Virus record (IMG/VR): IMGVR_UViG_3300028591_000138
Location: 1-64,000 of that record
Origin: a virus
Taxonomy: Duplodnaviria; Caudoviricetes
Reading direction: 5' to 3' (one strand)
Length of the DNA stretch: 64,000 bases
Shown here: positions 58,281 through 64,000 of the stretch, piece by piece
How positions within the stretch are numbered: position 1 is the first letter of the stretch
Layout: the number at the start of each line of letters is the position of its first letter
The notes under the pieces: model-generated
What the model saw: only the letters and a program-made list of their open reading frames with translations
What the model was told of the DNA's origin: nothing
Database searches by the model: none
Program-made: the position numbers and the translations under genes

Positions 58281-59446
58281 TCACTGACAACCGCATTCCG
58301 AAAAATGTCTTACGTCGTCTCCATCAGTGTAATCGACAGTCCCTGCCGATATGTTTCCCAATCCTTCCTTGAGGATGTTCTTCGCGGCGTTGATGTCCCT
58401 GTCGTGGTCTGCGCCGCAATTCGGGCATCGCCACTCCCTCACGGACAAATCCTTGACACCGCTATATACGTAACCGCATTCGCTACACGTCTGACTTGAG
58501 GGATAGAATCTCCCTATCCTTACGACCCGCTTGTCGTTCATGTCCGCCTTGTATTGGAGATACGAAACGAACGTCCCCCACGCGCGCAGTCCTGTATATG
58601 CTTGGCGAGAGTATGGTTGCGTATCATCCCCTTGACGTTCAAGTCCTCCAAGCATATTATGTCATACTTTCGGATTAAGTCGAGCGATACTTTATGTAAA
58701 TTATCATTACGGCTGTTCGCAATCTTTTCTTGAATCTTGGCAACCTTGAGTCTTTGTCTTTCGTACCCGTTGCTGCCATGTTGTTTCCTTGAAAGATGCC
58801 TTTGCGCAATCGCCAACTTCCGTTGGTATTTCCTTGTGTATCTGTTGTTTTTGTATAGTTTACCATCTGATGTAATGACAAAATCCTTGATACCCAAGTC
58901 AATGCCTGCATTCTTGCCGCTCTTCGCCATTGGCTCGTACATTTGTTCGGTCAGCAGACTGACATAATACTTGCCTGTGGTCGTCAGCGATATTGTCGCC
59001 GAATTGATTTTGCCGAGCAATTCCCTGTGCTGCCTCACCTTGATGCCTTCCTTGAATTTCGGGAAGTACACTTTTCCGTCTTTCAGTTCCACGAACTGCG
59101 GAACGCTGAAACTGTTCCTCGCTTTCTTTGACTTGAAATTCGGGAACTTCGCGTTGCCCCTGAAAAAGTTCACATAAGCGGTTTCCAAATGACGCAAGGC
59201 GTGCTGGAGCGTCTGACTGTTTATTTCCTTCAGCCAAAGATGCTCGCCGTCCTTTTTGAGTTCGGTCAGTTTCCTTGCCTGTTCGTAATAATTTTCCGAC
59301 TTGCGGGTTTCGTCATATTGGCGCTTGCGCTCGGAGAGGAAATGGTTGTACACAAAACGCACCGAGCCGAAATGCTTGGCAAGTAAAACTCTCTGCTCGG
59401 TGTTCGGTTCAAGTCTGAATTTGTATGTTTTGTATATGACCTTCAT
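58281..59446 (-). pseudogene. tnpB: tnpB split by a frameshift near 58582
   Basis: HTH YKFRLEPN, GIDLG and CLEDL in one frame; WGTFVSYLQYK, PSSQTCSECG and DRDINAAKNI in another; an extra CG in TGCGCGCGTGG explains the shift. Confidence 0.85.
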
Positions 59447-59524
59447 ATATGATAAGTATCACTAATTTACAAAAAATTGCAAGTTTTTGTAAATATTTTT
59501 TACTAACTATTGCAAATATACAAA

Positions 59525-59590
59525 TTTGCTTGTTCTATTGGGGAAGCATCGCCAGAAACAATCAGAAACTACATCGAAAACCAAGGTTAG
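59525..59590 (+). pseudogene. tnpA: C-terminal remnant of IS200 Y1 transposase
   Basis: FACSIGEASPETIRNYIENQG* includes the catalytic Y..Q helix; the HUH-containing N-terminus is absent. Confidence 0.8.
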
Positions 59591-59643
59591 TTTCAATTCA
59601 TCCCCGAAACTGAAGATTTCGGGGTTTTCTTGAAACCTTTTAT

Positions 59644-59856
59644 AAAATCGAACCACCCGACTACCGTTACTACAACAGTAAGGTTGACCGTTACAAGAGG
59701 TTCCATAAATTCAACTTTCGCAAACAGCTCTTACATAAAAGATACGGTCTGCCGCTATCTATGACGGAACTTGAGATGGCAAGAGAACTTGGTTATGACA
59801 GGATATGGGATTGCGGGCTTGTAAAATATGTATACAAAAATCCGAATAATTGTTGA
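59644..59856 (+). pseudogene. C-terminal remnant of a Hef-like homing endonuclease
   Basis: PDYRYY...RFHKFNFRK...MTELEMARELGYDRIWDCGLVKYVY; no start, abuts the IS end. Confidence 0.7.
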
Positions 59857-59887
59857 TTGGCAACTATTTATTGTATATTAAATATTG

Positions 59888-60334
59888 ATGTTTATGGATA
59901 AAAAGAAAATAGCTGACGTGGTAATGAAACTGTTCCTTTATGGAGATGTGTGCAAGATGATACATTATTCCACTCCGAAGATGCACTGCCACAAGCTGTG
60001 CGACGAAGTGAGGGATAGTATCACGACATTTGCTGACGATTTGGCTGAAAAGGGGTTTGGTATCACTGGCAAACCTGAGTTCGGCGATTTCTCGCTGAAA
60101 CTTAACATCACAGTTTCCAATGATATTGCAGTGGTTTGTCAGAATGTTGTTCATCTTGTCGATGAGTTGAGAAAGGACATTGCGGATGATGATAACTGGA
60201 GCGGTATTGTTTCAATTATAGACGATTTCAAGGCGGAAATGTCCCAGAAGATTTATCTGGCAAACTTTGACGACGTGTCAACCAAAAGACTGGAGGAGGT
60301 TATAAGACGTGTAATAAAGAAGGTTTTAAAATAA
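59888..60334 (+). CDS. Ferritin/Dps-like four-helix protein (DUF5856-like) with C-terminal EEVIRRVIKKVLK tag
   Basis: MIHY....HCHKLCDE...D.LAEKGFG pattern. Confidence 0.55.
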   Translation: MFMDKKKIADVVMKLFLYGDVCKMIHYSTPKMHCHKLCDEVRDSITTFADDLAEKGFGITGKPEFGDFSLKLNITVSNDIAVVCQNVVHLVDELRKDIADDDNWSGIVSIIDDFKAEMSQKIYLANFDDVSTKRLEEVIRRVIKKVLK

Positions 60335-60343
60335 GCTAATATT

Positions 60344-60410
60344 ATGAAAAGAGTTCTAAAACTCACTGAGAGTGATGTCAGAACCCGCTGGCGAATAATA
60401 TCTGAAATAG
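60344..60410 (+). pseudogene. Empty LTES cassette (tags without cargo)
   Basis: MKRVLKLTESDVR joined almost directly, out of frame, to TAT CTG AAA TAG (YLK*). Confidence 0.55.
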
Positions 60411-60419
60411 AACGTTATT

Positions 60420-60896
60420 ATGGACAAGAAAAAGAAACATTTTGACTATACACCATATCTCAAAAGTCTGGCTGAATATTTCAACAAGGAATACAAAGTC
60501 AAACCGTTCCCAAAGGTGAAACTGTCCAACCGCAACCAAGGGGATGACAAGGTTCTTATACGTACTGGCTACTATGACCCCAGCCAGAAGCTCATTATGT
60601 TGTTTATTAGAAATAGGGCAGTCAAAGATGTGTTACGCAGTTTTGCTCACGAGCTTGTGCACCATTATCAAAACCTGGAAGGACGTCTGAGTCCTGGTAT
60701 GTATTCTGGTGAAAAAATCATCGAGGATGACCGACTCATGAAACTAGAGGAAGAAGCTTATTTGAAAGGCAATATCATATTCAGGAGCTGGACTGAGAAG
60801 ATTGAGAAAGAACTTGAAAGTGAGCCTACCGAACACATGCACAAATTGATAAAACTGAACGAAGAACAGGTTGCTCAGATAATTAAATTGAAATAG
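60420..60896 (+). CDS. Zincin-like metallopeptidase with C-terminal LNE tag
   Basis: SFAHELVHHYQ (HExxH) ... EEEAY; ends KLIKLNEEQVAQIIKLK. Confidence 0.7.
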   Translation: MDKKKKHFDYTPYLKSLAEYFNKEYKVKPFPKVKLSNRNQGDDKVLIRTGYYDPSQKLIMLFIRNRAVKDVLRSFAHELVHHYQNLEGRLSPGMYSGEKIIEDDRLMKLEEEAYLKGNIIFRSWTEKIEKELESEPTEHMHKLIKLNEEQVAQIIKLK

Positions 60897-60964
60897 AAAA
60901 GTGATTATGAACGGAAATTAAAAAAAGCGAACAATCAACGGTTCGCTTTTTTTGCGATATCCTA

Positions 60965-62347
60965 TTAAACTTCCAAGTTTTTTGGTTTGTCTAATATATT
61001 GAAATCGCACAGTTCCTTGTGCACTGTCTGTTCCATATTACGGGTGAGACGGATGTCAATGTAATACCTGCCTGGCACTAGTTCGCTTGTATTCAAAAGG
61101 AAGTAATTTTCGTTATATCCGCGTTCGACTGGTTGCCACTTGATGATGTCAATCTCAGTGTTGCCCGCTTTTGTATACAGTCTGTATTCAAGACCGTCAA
61201 CATGCACTTCCTGGCGTGATGTGTAAGCAACCTTACAGCTAACGTTGACTTTGCGAATGTCACCCTGTTCTAGCTGTTGTTTATTGTTGATGCCGAAAAT
61301 AGCTGGTATAAACTGTTCCTGTTTTTGTGTTTCATACGGTAATCCAAATACAAAATAACCATCAGGGTCTTTCGTTGTGAAATAAAGTTCCTGTTTAGGT
61401 AAGCGGCGCCCGCGATATACCAGGTTATCCCAAACATCATAGAACATCGTCTCAGGCTTAGTGTTTTCACTTGACATCATAATGTCGATATAATACACAC
61501 CCTTGGTAGCTTGTTTTACCTCCTTTTCCTGCCCGTTTATACTACATGTGGGTATTCTGTCCAGGTTTACCATTTGACCACCCACAGAGGCATAAAAATA
61601 CAGTTTATTCTCTTTGTCTAGGAAGAAATTCGTCCTATCGTCCTGTATGGTATCGTTGTAGGTTGTTTCAAGATATGGGTGGAAGAATGTATGTGTGTGG
61701 TCAGTGAAAAAGCCGACATATCTCAAATTCTCGAGCGATGTAGCTTCCAGCTCTGGCGCAAATGCTATGCCTATACCGTAATTTTCGAGTCTTCCCATTA
61801 TCATGTCGTTGACTACATCGGTTAAATCAACTTCAATAGATTCGTTTCCAACGTCGAAATGCTGGGTTGCAATCACGTGTGGTAATATGTCATCCGCCGA
61901 ATACACACCATTGTTATCCCAAGCTTCAGTGTTGGTTGCCATATACCAGTTGGAGCCTTGTGTTGAATAAATCCTGTTGATGATGTCATACCCATCCATA
62001 AGATAGTCAAAACCGCGACCCATATCCCAGTCTTTGTTGATGAGGAAGAATATCAAATCAAAAGACGATGCGCGCTCGGCGTTGTTGTAGCGGTTGTATA
62101 TCGTTTGGTAGTTAGTTCTTAATCCAGCAACGTTCTGCATTTTCAATACGTGGTGCATTTTCTTAATGTCAGGGTATGTACGGTCGGTCAAGAGATTTCT
62201 AAGTTTAGTGACATCAAAATGTATCAAACCTCTCGTGACGGGCATGCCGTAATAGAGTTCCAGTATTGGATTAAGTCCGATGTTGACACTGTCACCTTCA
62301 ATGATAGTGTTTGATTTATCGAGAAAGGTATGGGTTACAATAGCCAT
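60965..62347 (-). CDS. Putative structural (baseplate/tail-associated) protein
   Basis: Long beta-rich ORF with TATTTAT on the minus strand just upstream; lies next to the gp5-like gene. Confidence 0.6.
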   Translation of the reverse strand: MAIVTHTFLDKSNTIIEGDSVNIGLNPILELYYGMPVTRGLIHFDVTKLRNLLTDRTYPDIKKMHHVLKMQNVAGLRTNYQTIYNRYNNAERASSFDLIFFLINKDWDMGRGFDYLMDGYDIINRIYSTQGSNWYMATNTEAWDNNGVYSADDILPHVIATQHFDVGNESIEVDLTDVVNDMIMGRLENYGIGIAFAPELEATSLENLRYVGFFTDHTHTFFHPYLETTYNDTIQDDRTNFFLDKENKLYFYASVGGQMVNLDRIPTCSINGQEKEVKQATKGVYYIDIMMSSENTKPETMFYDVWDNLVYRGRRLPKQELYFTTKDPDGYFVFGLPYETQKQEQFIPAIFGINNKQQLEQGDIRKVNVSCKVAYTSRQEVHVDGLEYRLYTKAGNTEIDIIKWQPVERGYNENYFLLNTSELVPGRYYIDIRLTRNMEQTVHKELCDFNILDKPKNLEV

Positions 62348-62389
62348 AATTAAATAACATTAGATATATAATAAATATCTTAATGTTAA

Positions 62390-63277
62390 TTAATTGACAT
62401 GAATAGCTTTCGACAACATTTCATCCAGGTTTGTATCCAGGAGATTGTTGTCCTGTTCGCTTAAATCGGGCGGCTCGTAAGCAAATGCGTGGTCATGTGT
62501 CCTGAACAGTTCGATGAACTTTTTCAAGAAGTTAACCAATTCATCACCATAGATAACTGGGTGGGCGCTGGACAAGATTTTTATCAGTTCTTGTTCAGCT
62601 CCGCTATTATCACCGTCTTTCTTGTCAGCCAGGAGTTTATCATAAAGATTGTAAACCTCTTTAGAATCACGGGACAGGAGGTTTATTCTGTCCGCAACAA
62701 TATTGATGACGGAGTTTAATTCCTTACCGTCATTATCCTTCATCTTCTGGTATTTCAACTGTATGTAAGCTGGGTCAACGCTGTTAAAATGGAGACATTG
62801 GCTTTTGGCACCGTCAGGGTTTTGTTTTATACCACATCTAATATCTAACTCATGGTCTTTCAGAATTATATCCGAGTTGCTACGTCCTAATATAGCAATA
62901 TCTTTTTGTTCAGGTAGCGTCCCTTCGTTCTCGGGGTCGGTGTCTGGTTTTGGAAAAGGTTTAGACAAGCGGTCTTTGAACATGTTTGACGCACTGATGT
63001 CCATTGAGTCTTTGCTGAGTAAATTGAACTGGGATATAATAGGACCGATATAGAAGCGGTTGGACTTGGCAGCTCCTTTTTGTTGGAGTACAATCAGAAC
63101 CATTTCTCCAACTTGTGGATAAACATGCACCAGTTTGGGAAGTAATGGAAAACAGTACGGCAGCTCTTCGTCTGGTATATTACCGTCCAGTCCGTTGAGA
63201 CGTACCTTTATCCTACGTCCTTCGTTTTCGTCAATTGTGCTTATAACTCTCCCCTCTTTGAGTGTAAATTCATCCAT
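62390..63277 (-). CDS. Baseplate hub/spike protein, gp5/gpV-like N-terminal OB fold
   Basis: GRV....D....RRIKVRL...CFPLLP....YPQVGEMVLI; C-terminal HDH. Confidence 0.65.
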   Translation of the reverse strand: MDEFTLKEGRVISTIDENEGRRIKVRLNGLDGNIPDEELPYCFPLLPKLVHVYPQVGEMVLIVLQQKGAAKSNRFYIGPIISQFNLLSKDSMDISASNMFKDRLSKPFPKPDTDPENEGTLPEQKDIAILGRSNSDIILKDHELDIRCGIKQNPDGAKSQCLHFNSVDPAYIQLKYQKMKDNDGKELNSVINIVADRINLLSRDSKEVYNLYDKLLADKKDGDNSGAEQELIKILSSAHPVIYGDELVNFLKKFIELFRTHDHAFAYEPPDLSEQDNNLLDTNLDEMLSKAIHVN

Positions 63278-63443
63278 TGTTGCGTTTGTCCAGTATTTTC
63301 TTTATTTTGTCATATTCTTCCCCGAGAGATATCATATTCGTAAGAGCCTCGTTGTAAATTTTCTGATATTCCAGAAATTGAATGTTCAGTGCATTCATTT
63401 TCTGTTCAAGTTGTTCGTTTGTCAAATTCTCATAATTTTCCAT
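63270..63443 (-). CDS. Small coiled-coil protein (57 aa, absent from the ORF track)
   Basis: MENYENLTNEQLEQKM...KILDKRNNG*; fills the gap in the operon. Confidence 0.6.
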   Translation of the reverse strand: MENYENLTNEQLEQKMNALNIQFLEYQKIYNEALTNMISLGEEYDKIKKILDKRNNG

Positions 63444-63449
63444 ATACCA

Positions 63450-63896
63450 CTATCGTATAAGTCCATTTATTTCTGGCATGTTAATATTCTGTCCTGTAAT
63501 TACAACAGGACCACCCGCATTGCCGCCCTGACCTGTTATGGTTATCTGCCCTATGTCAATAGAACCTTGGACGACCGCGTTGTCGTGGATTTCCTTAATC
63601 AATTCCTCGCTTACAATCTTAACAAACTGGTTTACCATGTTTTCTTTACCGTCCTTACCAGTGCCTGTATAAATGCCAGCTTCAGGCAATCGGGCTATAA
63701 TAGCAGAAGTTAACGAGATTGCTGATAAGCCTGGGCGGTTCATGATTTCACAAAGAAGCAGGATTGACGGTATCTTGTTAAGTTTTGACAGAGGTTGACG
63801 AACCTTTTCCATGACACCGTTTATTGTGTCGGCGATTTTACTTATCCAAGTACTTGAACCACCTTGCATGTTATTTTCTATTTCACTGAAATCCAT
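63450..63896 (-). CDS. Hypothetical protein in the baseplate operon
   Basis: Co-oriented ORF; C-terminal GGNAGGPV. Confidence 0.7.
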   Translation of the reverse strand: MDFSEIENNMQGGSSTWISKIADTINGVMEKVRQPLSKLNKIPSILLLCEIMNRPGLSAISLTSAIIARLPEAGIYTGTGKDGKENMVNQFVKIVSEELIKEIHDNAVVQGSIDIGQITITGQGGNAGGPVVITGQNINMPEINGLIR

Positions 63897-63902
63897 ATTC
63901 GT

Positions 63903-64000
63903 TTAACATTCTTGGTTTATTGCTTCGCTAGCTTCCGTTATATCAGCATAAGTAACGTCATCCTGTTTCCAGTCACGCTCGTTGCGGCGTAGTTTGATAC
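63903..64000 (-). CDS. C-terminus of an upstream gene (partial)
   Basis: ...IKLRRNERDWKQDDVTYADITEASEAINQEC*. Confidence 0.5.
   Translation of the reverse strand, partial: IKLRRNERDWKQDDVTYADITEASEAINQEC

Larger units (their letters stand above)
58241..59641 (-). mobile_element. IS605-type element (divergent tnpA remnant and tnpB), non-autonomous
   Basis: Subterminal hairpins CCGAAACT.AAGATTTCGG at both ends, right end ...GTTCAC, TTTAT abutting the left end. Confidence 0.88.

Noticed and set aside
1-64000. Stop-codon recoding (TAG to Gln) as in Lak or some crAss-like phages
   Set aside because: Core genes are full length in the standard code, and TAG ends the MCP and terminase at the expected places
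1-64000. tRNA or rRNA genes
   Set aside because: No cloverleaf with T-loop and D-loop consensus, and no rRNA-like stretch recognised by eye; tRNAscan was not run

Overview
A segment of a large T4-like (jumbo/mega) myophage genome in the standard genetic code. The host is probably Bacteroidota, inferred from domain content only. The window holds a dispersed head module (terminase large subunit, gp20-like portal, gp21-like prohead protease, acidic scaffold, gp23-like major capsid protein), collagen-like and other fibre or decoration genes, and baseplate-like genes at the right end. A central accessory block encodes a UvrD helicase, a Mom-like acetyltransferase, a KTSC protein, ClpC-like and ClpX ATPases, a Prs-like + NAMPT-like pair (NARP1-type NAD rebuilding), a dNMP kinase and a nucleotidyltransferase-kinase fusion. 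Three different TnpB-family elements, two IS end relics and homing endonuclease genes are also present. Three signals stand out. (1) At least 10 otherwise unrelated proteins share an N-terminal MKKxIxLTESEL..E tag, often with a C-terminal EAxxRAIRKYLK tag, which looks like a capsid-loading and protease-release system for diverse cargo. (2) A translationally coupled array of five lectin-like genes plus one decayed copy all begin MS(K/R)RH, and two of them form a natural circularly permuted pair. (3) An atypical 546-aa TnpB has imperfect terminal inverted repeats, a kissing-loop 5' leader, and an end that supplies a new ATG to the gene it interrupts. All functional calls come from motif recognition; no database searches were run.
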